Made by a program: the position numbers and the translations under genes | Shown: positions 18,052 through 27,782 of the stretch, one piece after another | Position numbering within the stretch: position 1 is the stretch's first letter | How the letters are laid out: each line of letters begins with the position of its first letter | Notes under the pieces: generated by a model | What the model was told of the DNA's origin: nothing | Database searches by the model: none | What the model saw: the letters and a program-made list of their open reading frames with translations, nothing else | Assembly (NCBI GenBank): GCA_965245685.1 | Contig: CBDFAZ010000001.1 | Location: forward strand, 1 to 57,114 | Direction: 5' to 3' | DNA length: 57,114 bases | From: an uncultured Streptococcus sp. | Lineage (GTDB): Bacteria; Bacillota; Bacilli; Lactobacillales; Streptococcaceae

Positions 18052-19266
18052 ATGAAAGAATTTGACAAGTCCAGCAAGCTGGAACATGTTGCCTATGATA
18101 TTCGCGGTCCGGTTTTGGATGAAGCTATGCGCATGCGGGCCAACGGTGAAAAGATTCTCCGCCTCAATACAGGAAATCCGGCTGAATTTGGTTTTACCGC
18201 TCCTGATGAGGTCATTCATGATTTGATTATGAATGCGCGTGACAGTGAAGGTTACTCTGACTCCAAGGGAATTTTTTCAGCCCGTAAAGCCATTATGCAA
18301 TATTGCCAGCTTAAGAATTTTCCTAATGTAGATATTGATGACATTTATCTGGGAAATGGTGTCAGCGAGCTGATTGTCATGTCTATGCAGGGATTGCTGG
18401 ATGATGGGGATGAGGTGCTGGTGCCGATGCCAGACTACCCACTCTGGACGGCAGCAGTCAGTCTGGCTGGTGGGAATGCTGTTCACTATGTCTGTGATGA
18501 GCAGGCAGAATGGTATCCAGATATTGACGATATCAAGTCAAAAATCACATCTAATACCAAGGCTATCATTATCATCAATCCTAACAATCCAACGGGAGCG
18601 CTTTATCCTAAGGAGCTTCTGCTGGAAATTGTGGAAATTGCTCGTCAAAATAATCTCATTATCTTTGCGGATGAAATTTATGACCGCATGGTGATGGACG
18701 GCAATCTCCACACCTCTGTAGCTAGTCTAGCACCCGACCTTTTCTGCGTCAGCATGAATGGTCTTTCCAAGTCGCACCGCATTGCAGGCTTCAGGGTTGG
18801 CTGGATGGTGCTATCTGGACCTAAGCATCATGTTAAGGGTTATATTGAAGGATTAAATATGCTCTCCAACATGCGCCTGTGCTCCAATGTCTTGGCTCAA
18901 CAGGTCGTCCAAACCTCACTTGGCGGTCACCAATCTGTAGATGAACTGCTCTTGCCAGGTGGCCGTATCTATGAGCAGCGTAATTTCATCTATCAGGCCA
19001 TTCAGGATATTCCAGGGCTATCAGCTGTAAAACCTAAAGCTGGTCTCTATATTTTCCCGAAAATTGACCGTAACATGTATCGCATCGACGATGATGAGCA
19101 GTTTGTGCTCAATTTCCTCAAGCAGGAGAAAGTCCTTCTCGTCCATGGACGAGGCTTTAACTGGCAGGAACCAGATCATTTCCGCATCGTTTATCTGCCT
19201 CGAGTAGATGAACTAGCTCAAATCCAAGAAAAAATGACGCGCTTCTTACAACAATACCGTCGTTAA
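18052..19266 (+). CDS. alaA: PLP-dependent class I aminotransferase (AlaA/AlaT family)
   Basis: YDIRGPV, LNTGNPA, NPNNPTG, DEIYD and NGLSKSHRIAGFRVGW motifs. Confidence 0.88.
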   Translation: MKEFDKSSKLEHVAYDIRGPVLDEAMRMRANGEKILRLNTGNPAEFGFTAPDEVIHDLIMNARDSEGYSDSKGIFSARKAIMQYCQLKNFPNVDIDDIYLGNGVSELIVMSMQGLLDDGDEVLVPMPDYPLWTAAVSLAGGNAVHYVCDEQAEWYPDIDDIKSKITSNTKAIIIINPNNPTGALYPKELLLEIVEIARQNNLIIFADEIYDRMVMDGNLHTSVASLAPDLFCVSMNGLSKSHRIAGFRVGWMVLSGPKHHVKGYIEGLNMLSNMRLCSNVLAQQVVQTSLGGHQSVDELLLPGGRIYEQRNFIYQAIQDIPGLSAVKPKAGLYIFPKIDRNMYRIDDDEQFVLNFLKQEKVLLVHGRGFNWQEPDHFRIVYLPRVDELAQIQEKMTRFLQQYRR

Positions 19267-19430
19267 AATTGAAAAAATGATAAGAAAATAAGGCTAGACA
19301 ATGTTCCAGTCTTTTTCTTCTTTATTATACTTAATTTATTTTACCTTTATAACTGAATTGGAATTGAAACAAAAAAATTTAGATGCTCTGGAAATTCAAT
19401 TTGAGCCTGTTTGGTAAAAAGTATAGGTGC

Positions 19431-19539
19431 TTTTACCGACATTTTTTAGGATTTTGTCCAACATTTTTTATGTATCTGTCCAAAAATGCTTAAAAAAATG
19501 TGTTAGCGTCTTCCTTCTTGAAGACAAACGTGATAGAAT
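19431..19539 (+). promoter_or_regulatory. Three 22-bp-phased direct repeats plus an extended -10 upstream of the LPXTG gene
   Basis: TTTTACCGACATTTTTTA (19431), TTTGTCCAACATTTTTTA (19453), TCTGTCCAAAAATGCTTA (19475); TG-A-TAGAAT at 19531-19539 with a poor -35. Confidence 0.55.
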
Positions 19540-19593
19540 GTGTTTGTCAATGTTTTAAACAATGATGAAAAAGTGGAGGAGATTATATTGACA

Positions 19594-22215
19594 ATGAAAA
19601 AGACACTTAGTGCTTTTTCTGTCAGTGCAGCGGCATTGTCTTTGGTGCTCGCAGAAGGAGTTCAGGCTGATCAATTAGTTGATAATCAGTCTTATTCTGA
19701 TGCGCCCGTTAGTCAAAGCCAACCACAGGCAGAAAACACACAGAAGGATGAATCTGTTTCGAAAGAACAGGTAGACGCTGCTCAGGCTCTTGTACAAGAA
19801 GCCGACAGCAATGTTGCACAAGGGAAAGCTGATTTGGCTCAAGCTCAGGCAAATACTGCTGCGGCTCAAAGTCAGGTCGAGCAAGCACAAGCTGATGCTA
19901 ACCGGGCACAGGAGGCAGCTGATAAAGCTGGTCCGGAAGCTATTGAAACAGCTAAGCAAGAAGAGAGCAATCAAAAAGCTCAAGTGGACAGCAACAAGTC
20001 AGAACTGGCTAAAGCTGACCAAGCAACTAAGACGGCTGAAGCTGAGCGCGATGCTCAGGCTGCCAAGACTAAAGAGGCTCAAGAGCAAGCGAAAAGTCAA
20101 GAAGGACGCCTTGCTAAAGCTCAAAATGACGTGAAGGAAGCTCAGGCCAACCTAAGCGGTGAAGCTACAGCTAAGGCAGAAAAGAATGTGAAAGCAGCCC
20201 AAGACAAGGTAGCAGCTGACCAGTCTGCTGTTGAAACAGCTCAAGCAAAAGTAGCTACAGCTCGTCAGACTGACAGTCAGAAGCAGGCTGAGGTTGCAAA
20301 AGCTCAGACTAACCAGACTCAGGCTAAGACGGCTCGTGATGCTTCTCAGAAGAACTTGCAGGACAAAACTGCTGCAGCTGAGAAGACTCAGTCAGACTTG
20401 AATCAAGCTCAACAGGCTTTGAAAAAGGCTCAAGCTGGAACGATTACTACTGAAGCTTCTAGCAATAAAAACCGTGTGTCAATGACTCCGGAATACATTG
20501 CAGCCTTGAGAGAGCTAATTGCACCGAATTTATCAGAGCAAAAAACTAAAGAGATTGAAAAGAGACTGGCTGCACTTAATGCTAGCGCTAAGGCTCTCAA
20601 TCGTTATGTGGCTGATCCTACAGATAGCAAAGCTTTGATTGATACCAACAATATTCCACAGAATGTTCGTCAGGAACTTTCACAGTTTGCTTCAGAACTC
20701 ATCAACCAACTGCGTGCTCAGATGGGAACAGGTGAAGTAGTTGTGACACCATCTTCAATTGATTTCGCTGATAAAGTGGCAACAGAATACCGCAAAGACA
20801 ACTGGAACTGGGATTTGATGGAGGAATACCATCACGACGCTCGAGGAATTAACCGCGTAGCGCGTGAATATGGTTTGATGACCACAAGTGCTGAGCAGGA
20901 GAGTAAAGGTCTCCAGTACTATGAAAACGCCTACATCTGGAGAGAAAATGCTAATCAGATGAGTGTGGCTGAAATGAAGAGACGGGTCTATGATTCCGTT
21001 GTTGAATTCATGTTTAATGGCTATGAATGGCTGCATGCTACATCTATCTCTGGTCTCAATACTGGTCGCCAGAAAAACTATCTGGGAGTTGATTTCTCAA
21101 TGGAAGGCGACATCACTATGGCTCATTTCACCATGGTGTCAGAAGATCAAGTCAAGTATGCTAGCAAAAAGAACTTCAATGCCAGCCCTATTACAGGAAA
21201 AGCTCCAACAGCAAAAGTAGATCCGCAAGAAGTAGCCAAGGCTCAAACAGCCTATGATGCTGCCTTCAAGGCCAATCAACTGGCTCTGGCATCTAAGGGA
21301 GTTGCCCAATCTACTTATAATCGGAGAGCTGCAGCTTTAGAGCAAGCCAACCAGCAACTTGCTCAGGCGCAAGCTCAAGCAGGTGAGTCAGCAACTGCTC
21401 AGGCTCAAGCAGCTCTTGCAGCAGTTCAAGAGAAGTTGACAGCTGATCAAGCAGCTTTGGCAGCAGCACAAGCGGCTCTGCAAAACTCAAACTTGGATGA
21501 CAAGACTAAAGCGGACAAATTAACTCAGGCTCAAGAAGCTCTGACTGCTGTTCAAGCAACAGTTGCCGCAGCTCAAGAAGCTCTAAAAACTGAATCAGAT
21601 AAGTTGGCTCAGCTAGAAGCAGCTTTGAATGCAGCAAAAGAAAGAAAGACTAACCTTGAAAATGCTCTTACAGCAGCTGAAGCAGCCTTGCAAACAGCTA
21701 AAGAGTCATTGTCAAATCTTGAAAATGCAAAAGAAAACTTGGAACAAGCTAAAAGCAAGTTAGCTGTAGCTCAGGCAGCTTACCAAGCGGCTCTTACAGC
21801 TCAAACAGATCAAGAAGCAAAAGTAGCAGTTTTAACTGCAGTTCAAGCACAAGCTAAGGCGACATACGACTTGCTAGCTCAAACTTATGCAGAACAAAAT
21901 AAGGAAGAAGATATTCGCTATTACCAGTCTGTTTTGGCTCATACAGAGGAGCGCTTCGCTCGCTCTCTGCCAACTGGACAAGCAAGAGCTCCTCAACATA
22001 CGACTGTTTCAACTACTGGAACTGGAATTACTGAAAGTGGAACTGTTGGAACTGGAACTGCTGGAAGTGCTAGCCCTGTAAACCATAAACAGGCAGTTGC
22101 TTCAGGTCATGTCTTGCCTAAGACAGGAGAAAACTCTTCTTGGCTTCTTCTAGCAGGCCAAATGCTTCTGCTCATGACTATGAAATTGTTCTATAAGAAA
22201 CGTTCTCTTGATTAG
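19594..22215 (+). CDS. LPXTG cell-wall-anchored protein with SEC10/PgrA surface-exclusion domain between Ala/Gln-rich coiled coils
   Basis: Signal peptide MKKTLSAFSVSAAALSLVLAEGVQA; central ELINQLRAQMGT...SIDFADKVA...HDARGINRVAREYGL...EWLHATSI domain; LPKTG, hydrophobic stretch and KKR tail. Confidence 0.8.
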   Translation: MKKTLSAFSVSAAALSLVLAEGVQADQLVDNQSYSDAPVSQSQPQAENTQKDESVSKEQVDAAQALVQEADSNVAQGKADLAQAQANTAAAQSQVEQAQADANRAQEAADKAGPEAIETAKQEESNQKAQVDSNKSELAKADQATKTAEAERDAQAAKTKEAQEQAKSQEGRLAKAQNDVKEAQANLSGEATAKAEKNVKAAQDKVAADQSAVETAQAKVATARQTDSQKQAEVAKAQTNQTQAKTARDASQKNLQDKTAAAEKTQSDLNQAQQALKKAQAGTITTEASSNKNRVSMTPEYIAALRELIAPNLSEQKTKEIEKRLAALNASAKALNRYVADPTDSKALIDTNNIPQNVRQELSQFASELINQLRAQMGTGEVVVTPSSIDFADKVATEYRKDNWNWDLMEEYHHDARGINRVAREYGLMTTSAEQESKGLQYYENAYIWRENANQMSVAEMKRRVYDSVVEFMFNGYEWLHATSISGLNTGRQKNYLGVDFSMEGDITMAHFTMVSEDQVKYASKKNFNASPITGKAPTAKVDPQEVAKAQTAYDAAFKANQLALASKGVAQSTYNRRAAALEQANQQLAQAQAQAGESATAQAQAALAAVQEKLTADQAALAAAQAALQNSNLDDKTKADKLTQAQEALTAVQATVAAAQEALKTESDKLAQLEAALNAAKERKTNLENALTAAEAALQTAKESLSNLENAKENLEQAKSKLAVAQAAYQAALTAQTDQEAKVAVLTAVQAQAKATYDLLAQTYAEQNKEEDIRYYQSVLAHTEERFARSLPTGQARAPQHTTVSTTGTGITESGTVGTGTAGSASPVNHKQAVASGHVLPKTGENSSWLLLAGQMLLLMTMKLFYKKRSLD

Positions 22216-22232
22216 AAAGAACAAAATCAATC

Positions 22233-22261
22233 AAAAACAGTCAAATTCTTGACTGTTTTTT
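22233..22261 (+). terminator. Intrinsic terminator after the LPXTG gene
   Basis: AAAAACAGTCAA-ATTC-TTGACTGTTTTTT. Confidence 0.85.
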
Positions 22262-22345
22262 GTTTAATATGGCTTGATATATCAAGTCATATACTTGAAA
22301 AATTCTTTATTTTATCGAATTGTATGTAATTGTTTTTCAATAAAA

Positions 22346-22390
22346 AATTTTCAGATAATTATTGAAATTTTACTGCTTTTATGTTACAAT
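22346..22390 (+). promoter_or_regulatory. CodY box abutting the codY promoter (autoregulation)
   Basis: AATTTTCAGATAATT (1 mismatch to AATTTTCWGAAAATT) at 22346-22360, then TTGAAA-17-TACAAT with extended TG. Confidence 0.85.
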
Positions 22391-22416
22391 GAAGCTAATA
22401 AATATGAGGTAAAAAC

Positions 22417-23205
22417 ATGGCCAATTTACTAGAAAAAACACGAAAAATTACGTCAATTTTGAAGCGCTCGGAGGAGCAGATGCAGGAAGAACTGCCCTAC
22501 AATGCTATTACGCGTCAGTTGGCTGATATTATCCACTGCAATGCCTGCATTATCAATAGCAAGGGCCGTCTTTTAGGCTATTTTATGCGCTACAAGACCA
22601 ATAATGACCGAGTGGAAGCTTTTTTCCAGGATAAGAATTTCCCAGAGGAATACGTTCACGAAGCCAATCTGGTCTATGAAACAGAGGCTAATCTGCCAGT
22701 TGCACATGATTTGACGATTTTCCCGGTAGAGACCAAGGATGAGTTTCCAGACGGGCTGACAACCATTGCCTCTATCCATGTTTCAGGGATTCGTCTAGGC
22801 TCACTGATTATCTGGCGCAATGACAAGGAATTTGCGGACGATGATCTGATTTTGATTGAGATTGCCAGCACAGTGGTTGGTATCCAGCTGCTTAACTTCC
22901 AGAGGGAAGAGGATGAGAAAAATATCCGCCGCCGGACAGCAGTGACCATGGCAGTCAATACTCTGTCTTACTCAGAACTGAGAGCTGTTTCAGCTATTCT
23001 GGGCGAGCTCAATGGCAATGAAGGCCAGCTGACAGCGTCTGTCATCGCTGATCGCATTGGGATTACCCGCTCAGTGATTGTCAATGCCTTGCGCAAGCTA
23101 GAAAGTGCGGGGATTATTGAAAGCCGCTCGCTAGGGATGAAAGGAACTTATCTAAAAGTCCTGATTCCCGATGTCTTTGATGAAATTAAAAAGAGGGACT
23201 ACTAA
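22417..23205 (+). CDS. codY: Pleiotropic transcriptional repressor CodY
   Basis: [11 protein letters not shown] start; [38 protein letters not shown] winged HTH. Confidence 0.98.
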   Translation: MANLLEKTRKITSILKRSEEQMQEELPYNAITRQLADIIHCNACIINSKGRLLGYFMRYKTNNDRVEAFFQDKNFPEEYVHEANLVYETEANLPVAHDLTIFPVETKDEFPDGLTTIASIHVSGIRLGSLIIWRNDKEFADDDLILIEIASTVVGIQLLNFQREEDEKNIRRRTAVTMAVNTLSYSELRAVSAILGELNGNEGQLTASVIADRIGITRSVIVNALRKLESAGIIESRSLGMKGTYLKVLIPDVFDEIKKRDY

Positions 23206-23762
23206 TGCCAAAAGCACTGATTTCCATTGATTATACAGTTGATTTTGTCGCAGATGAGGGCAAGTTGACAGCTGGGGCGCCAGCTCAGGCGATTTCTGAA
23301 GCCATTGCTCAAGTGACGGAGGCAGCTTTTGACCGAGGAGATTATATCTTCTTTGCTATTGATGCCCATGATGAGAATGATGCCTTTCACCCTGAAAGCA
23401 AGCTGTTTCCGCCTCATAATATCAAAGGGACTAGCGGTCGCAATCTTTATGGCCCTTTGGCTGATTTTTATGAGAATCATCAAGCAGACTCGCGGGTATT
23501 TTGGATGGATAAGCGCCATTATTCTGCTTTTTCCGGCACGGATTTAGATATCCGCCTGCGGGAAAGAAAGGTAGATACGGTCATTTTGACTGGAGTCTTG
23601 ACGGATATTTGCGTCTTGCATACAGCGATTGATGCCTATAATCTTGGTTATAAGATTCAGGTGGTAGAGCCAGCTGTGGCTTCTCTGTCAGAGGAAAATC
23701 ACAAATTTGCCTTAAACCACTTGCAAAATGTCCTGGGTTCGACTATAATAGATACAATTTAA
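23205..23762 (+). CDS. pncA: Nicotinamidase/pyrazinamidase (isochorismatase family)
   Basis: IDYTVDF, DAH...HPE...FPPH and GVLTDICV motifs; conserved position after codY. Confidence 0.85.
   Translation: MPKALISIDYTVDFVADEGKLTAGAPAQAISEAIAQVTEAAFDRGDYIFFAIDAHDENDAFHPESKLFPPHNIKGTSGRNLYGPLADFYENHQADSRVFWMDKRHYSAFSGTDLDIRLRERKVDTVILTGVLTDICVLHTAIDAYNLGYKIQVVEPAVASLSEENHKFALNHLQNVLGSTIIDTI
23721..23749 (+). promoter_or_regulatory. Promoter for the T-box/aspS leader, embedded in the pncA 3' end
   Basis: TTGCAA-17 nt-TATAAT inside the last codons of pncA. Confidence 0.7.
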
Positions 23763-23767
23763 GAGTA

Positions 23768-23984
23768 AAAGAGAAGCAGAGTAGGCTTGCTGACTTGCAC
23801 AGAGAGTGCTGATAGCTGAGAGCAGCACCAAGAAAGCAAAAACCGAAGAACATGTTTCGTAATCTTTTGTGTGATTAAGCACAAACGTCGCTCACGTTAC
23901 GAGCTCAGAGGCTGCCTTTTAGGGCGGCGAATAACAGTGGTACCACGGCTTTCGTCTGTTTTAGAGACGGAAGCTTTTTATTTT
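23768..23984 (+). promoter_or_regulatory. T-box riboswitch with AAC (Asn) specifier
   Basis: Stem I with AGTA S-turn, AGAGA bulge, GCTGAGA apical loop and specifier loop GAAG-AAC-A (23849-23851); T-box AATAACAGTGGTACCACGG (23930-23948); terminator GGCTTTCGTCT...AGACGGAAGCT-TTTT. Confidence 0.92.
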
Positions 23985-24073
23985 GTAGTAGATCCAGTGA
24001 AGATGATAAAAGAATGCTTCAAATATCCTTGACAGCAGGGCGGAGCTACAAATTGATTTGAGAGGGAAAGAAC

Positions 24074-25810
24074 ATGAAAGAAATTTTTATCGGAAACTAT
24101 GGTTTAGAGCAGGTCGGACAGACCATGACCGCAACTGGCTGGGTGGCCAATATCCGCAATCACGGCAAACTGGCCTTTATTGAATTGCGGGACTGCGAGG
24201 GCTTGCTTCAGGTCTTCGTTGGCGGTGAGATTGAAGATTTTGCTAAGCTGGAAGACATTGGCAAAGAGGATATCATTGCAGTGACGGGGCAAGTGGTTCA
24301 GCGGGAAGAGCGTTTTGTCAATAAGTCCATCAAGTCTGGTCAGATTGAGCTGAGGGCAGAGAAGATTGAGGTTATTGCTAGCAGCAAGGCCCTGCCTTTT
24401 GAGCTGGACCAGCATGCCCATACAGGGGAAGACCTGCGTCAGAAATACCGCTACCTGGACTTGCGCCGTGAGAAGATGACACAGAACCTCAAACTTCGTC
24501 ATCAGGTCACCTCAACCATTCGGGAATATTTGAACGGTTTGGACTTTTTGGAAGTGGAGACGCCTTATCTGACCAAGTCAACTCCTGAAGGGGCTAGAGA
24601 CTTTTTAGTTCCTAGTCGGGTCTTTAAAAATCAATTCTACGCCTTGCCGCAGAGCCCTCAGATTCTCAAGCAGTTGCTGATGGGAGCTGGCCTTGAGCGC
24701 TATTATCAGATTGTTCGTTGTTTCCGTGACGAAGACTTGCGAGGCGATCGTCAGCCAGAGTTTACCCAGGTGGACATAGAGCTGAGTTTTGCCAGCGAGG
24801 AAGAAATCCGAGATCTGGTTGAAGCTATGCTCAAGGCTGTTGTCAAGAAAACTCATGGTTTAGAGCTGACGGAAGTTTTTCCGACTATCAGCTATGAAGA
24901 GGCTATAAGCCGCTTCGGCTCTGATAAGCCAGATACGCGCTTTGGTTTAGAGCTAAAGAGTTTGACGGATTTGTGCCAGTCCAATGATTCTCTTCTCATC
25001 AAGAAAGCTTTGGATAACCAAGAGGAAGTGATGGGAATCTGTGTGCCAGATGCGGCTAGTGCTTTTAGCAAGAAACAGCTGAGTCATTTTTACCAGGAAA
25101 TGAAGGAATTTGGCTGCAGTCGTTTCGCCAGTCTCAAGGTTGAAAATGGCCAGTTAGTTGGTGATTTGGCTAGCACCTTTGAAGCTGAAAGTCAGGATTT
25201 GCAGGTACGTTTTGAAGCCAAGGATGGAGACCTCATCCTGTTAGTCATGGCTAAGAAGCGTCGGGCTCAGGAAGCTTTGGGACATCTGCGTATAGAAGTC
25301 GCAAAAGCTTTGGATTTGATTGACCCGAGTCTGCTTCAGTTCCTTTGGGTTGTGGACTGGCCGCTGCTGGAGTGGAATGAAGACCAAAACCGCTATCAAG
25401 CCATGCACCATCCTTTCACACAGGGAATCTTTGAAGATGGACAAGGGCCAGACCAATTCCGCAGCCACGCTTACGACATCGTCTTAAACGGCTATGAGAT
25501 TGGCGGAGGGAGTCTGCGGATTCATAATCGGAAGGCTCAGGAAGCGATGTTTGAGCTATTGGGCATGAGCCAGGAAGACTATGAGCGGGACTTTGGTTTC
25601 TTCCTAGAGGCCTTAGAGTACGGCTTCCCACCGCACGGCGGCTTGGCTCTGGGCTTAGATCGCTTGGTTATGATTTTGGCTGGGGAAGAAAATATCCGTC
25701 AAGTCATCGCTTTTCCGAAAAATGGTACTGGCTTTGATCCTATGTTGGAAAGTCCAAGTTTGGTGGACCAAAGACAGATCAAAGAACTGCATTTGGAATT
25801 GAAGAATTAG
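24074..25810 (+). CDS. aspS: Aspartyl-tRNA synthetase, probably non-discriminating (Asp/Asn)
   Basis: STPEGARDFLVP, ALPQSPQ, CFRDEDLRGDRQPEFTQ, HHPFT and PPHGGLALGLDR motifs; RNHG His; adjacent gatCAB. Confidence 0.93.
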   Translation: MKEIFIGNYGLEQVGQTMTATGWVANIRNHGKLAFIELRDCEGLLQVFVGGEIEDFAKLEDIGKEDIIAVTGQVVQREERFVNKSIKSGQIELRAEKIEVIASSKALPFELDQHAHTGEDLRQKYRYLDLRREKMTQNLKLRHQVTSTIREYLNGLDFLEVETPYLTKSTPEGARDFLVPSRVFKNQFYALPQSPQILKQLLMGAGLERYYQIVRCFRDEDLRGDRQPEFTQVDIELSFASEEEIRDLVEAMLKAVVKKTHGLELTEVFPTISYEEAISRFGSDKPDTRFGLELKSLTDLCQSNDSLLIKKALDNQEEVMGICVPDAASAFSKKQLSHFYQEMKEFGCSRFASLKVENGQLVGDLASTFEAESQDLQVRFEAKDGDLILLVMAKKRRAQEALGHLRIEVAKALDLIDPSLLQFLWVVDWPLLEWNEDQNRYQAMHHPFTQGIFEDGQGPDQFRSHAYDIVLNGYEIGGGSLRIHNRKAQEAMFELLGMSQEDYERDFGFFLEALEYGFPPHGGLALGLDRLVMILAGEENIRQVIAFPKNGTGFDPMLESPSLVDQRQIKELHLELKN

Positions 25811-26013
25811 CCTGAAATATGGTAAAATGAAATGATGCGAATTCCTGAAGAATAGCAGGAAGAAGCTGAAGAAAAGAGCTAGTGGATGTCAAATAAATCA
25901 GCGTCCCTGGCTTGTCAAAGTAAAGGTGAGCTGAAGTTTGGAAATAAAGATGTCATCTAGAAATTGTTATTTTCAGTCGCTAAAGCTCACATATCTTATG
26001 AAAGGAATCAGAG

Positions 26014-26316
26014 ATGAAGATTACTCAAGAAGAAGTAAGTCACGTTGCTAAGCTGTCAAAACTAGCTTTTTCACCAGAAGAAACTGCTGAGTTTGCGACG
26101 ACCTTAACCAAGATTGTCGACATGGTCGAATTGCTCAATGAAGTGGACACGGAGGGTGTGCCTTTCACTTCTAATGTAGCTGCCAATATCAACTATATGC
26201 GAGAGGATGTGGCTCAGCCAGGCTGGAACCGGGAAGAGCTTTTCCAAAATGTACCTGAAAAAGGGCGGGGCTACATCAAAGTGCCTGCCATCCTAGATGA
26301 CGGAGGAGATGCCTAA
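26014..26316 (+). CDS. gatC: Asp/Glu-tRNA amidotransferase subunit C
   Basis: [15 protein letters not shown] and YIKVPAIL motifs; precedes gatA. Confidence 0.96.
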   Translation: MKITQEEVSHVAKLSKLAFSPEETAEFATTLTKIVDMVELLNEVDTEGVPFTSNVAANINYMREDVAQPGWNREELFQNVPEKGRGYIKVPAILDDGGDA

Positions 26317-27782
26317 TGACTTTTAATCACAAGACCATTGAAGAACTGCACGACTTGCTGGTCAAGAAAGAAATTTCTGCGGTAGAGTTAACTCAGGCAA
26401 CTTTGGCAGACATCAAAGAACGTGAAGCGGCTGTGGACAGCTTCATTACTGTCAGCGAAGAGGAGGCTTTAGCTCAGGCTGCGGCTCTGGATGCTAAGGG
26501 CATTGATGCTGACAATCTTATGAGCGGGATTCCGCTGGCAGTCAAGGACAATATCTCAACCAAGGGAATCTTGACGACGGCTGCCTCCAAGATACTTTAC
26601 AATTACAAACCGATTTTCGATGCGACCAGCGTGGAGAAGCTCTATGGTAAGGACATGATTATCTTTGGGAAGACCAACATGGACGAGTTTGCCATGGGTG
26701 GTTCCAGTGAAAACTCTTACTTTAAGACGACTAAGAATGCTTGGGACAGCAGCAAGGTTCCTGGTGGCTCATCTGGTGGTTCAGCGACAGCTGTTGCCTC
26801 TGGTCAGGTTCGTCTGTCACTGGGGTCAGATACGGGTGGCTCCATTCGTCAGCCCGCTTCCTTTAACGGTGTAGTCGGCCTCAAGCCAACCTACGGACGG
26901 GTTTCTCGTTTTGGTCTCATTGCTTTTGGATCTTCTTTAGACCAGATTGGGCCTTTCTCTCAAACGGTTAAGGAAAATGCACAGCTTCTGAATGTTATTT
27001 CTGGTAATGATCCTAAGGACTCTACATCATCACAAGAGACAGTGCCAGACTTTACCAGCAAGGTTGGCCAAGACATTAAGGGCATGAAGATCGCCCTGCC
27101 TAAGGAATACATGGGTGAGGGAATTGACAGCAAGGTTAAGGAAACAATTTTAGCAGCAGCAAAGCATTTGGAAAGCCTAGGTGCTATCGTTGAAGAAGTC
27201 AGCTTGCCCCACAGTAAGTATGGAGTAGCAGTCTACTATATTATCGCTTCCTCTGAAGCTAGCTCTAACCTGCAGCGTTTTGACGGTATTCGCTATGGCT
27301 ACCGCGCAGAAGGCATTGAAAATCTAGAAGATGTCTATGTCAAATCCCGCAGCGAAGGCTTTGGTGAAGAGGTGAAACGCCGCATCATGCTGGGGACATT
27401 CAGCTTGTCATCTGGTTACTACGATGCTTACTTCAAGAAAGCTGGTCAGGTTCGGACCTTGATTATGCAGGATTTTGCAAAGGTTTTTGAAAAATATGAC
27501 TTAATCTTAGGCCCAACTGCACCAACTGTAGCTTATGACTTGGGCAGTCAAAACCAAGATCCAGTGGCCATGTATCTGGCCGACCTTTTGACCATTCCAG
27601 TCAATCTGGCTGGCCTGCCGGGCATTTCAATCCCAGCTGGCTTTGCAGATGGTCTTCCTGTCGGCTTGCAGATGATTGGGAACCACTTTGATGAGGCGAC
27701 CATCTATCAGGCAGCCGCAGCATTTGAAGCGACGACTGACTACCACAAACAGCAGCCAGCTATCTTTGGAGGTGAAAAATAA
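26316..27782 (+). CDS. gatA: Asp/Glu-tRNA amidotransferase subunit A
   Basis: Amidase signature GGSSGGS...[13 protein letters not shown]. Confidence 0.97.
   Translation: MTFNHKTIEELHDLLVKKEISAVELTQATLADIKEREAAVDSFITVSEEEALAQAAALDAKGIDADNLMSGIPLAVKDNISTKGILTTAASKILYNYKPIFDATSVEKLYGKDMIIFGKTNMDEFAMGGSSENSYFKTTKNAWDSSKVPGGSSGGSATAVASGQVRLSLGSDTGGSIRQPASFNGVVGLKPTYGRVSRFGLIAFGSSLDQIGPFSQTVKENAQLLNVISGNDPKDSTSSQETVPDFTSKVGQDIKGMKIALPKEYMGEGIDSKVKETILAAAKHLESLGAIVEEVSLPHSKYGVAVYYIIASSEASSNLQRFDGIRYGYRAEGIENLEDVYVKSRSEGFGEEVKRRIMLGTFSLSSGYYDAYFKKAGQVRTLIMQDFAKVFEKYDLILGPTAPTVAYDLGSQNQDPVAMYLADLLTIPVNLAGLPGISIPAGFADGLPVGLQMIGNHFDEATIYQAAAAFEATTDYHKQQPAIFGGEK

Noticed and set aside
22012..22068. ACTGGA-type short repeats in the LPXTG gene
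   Set aside because: Encode a Thr/Gly wall-spanning linker in frame; not a CRISPR array or phase-variation tract.
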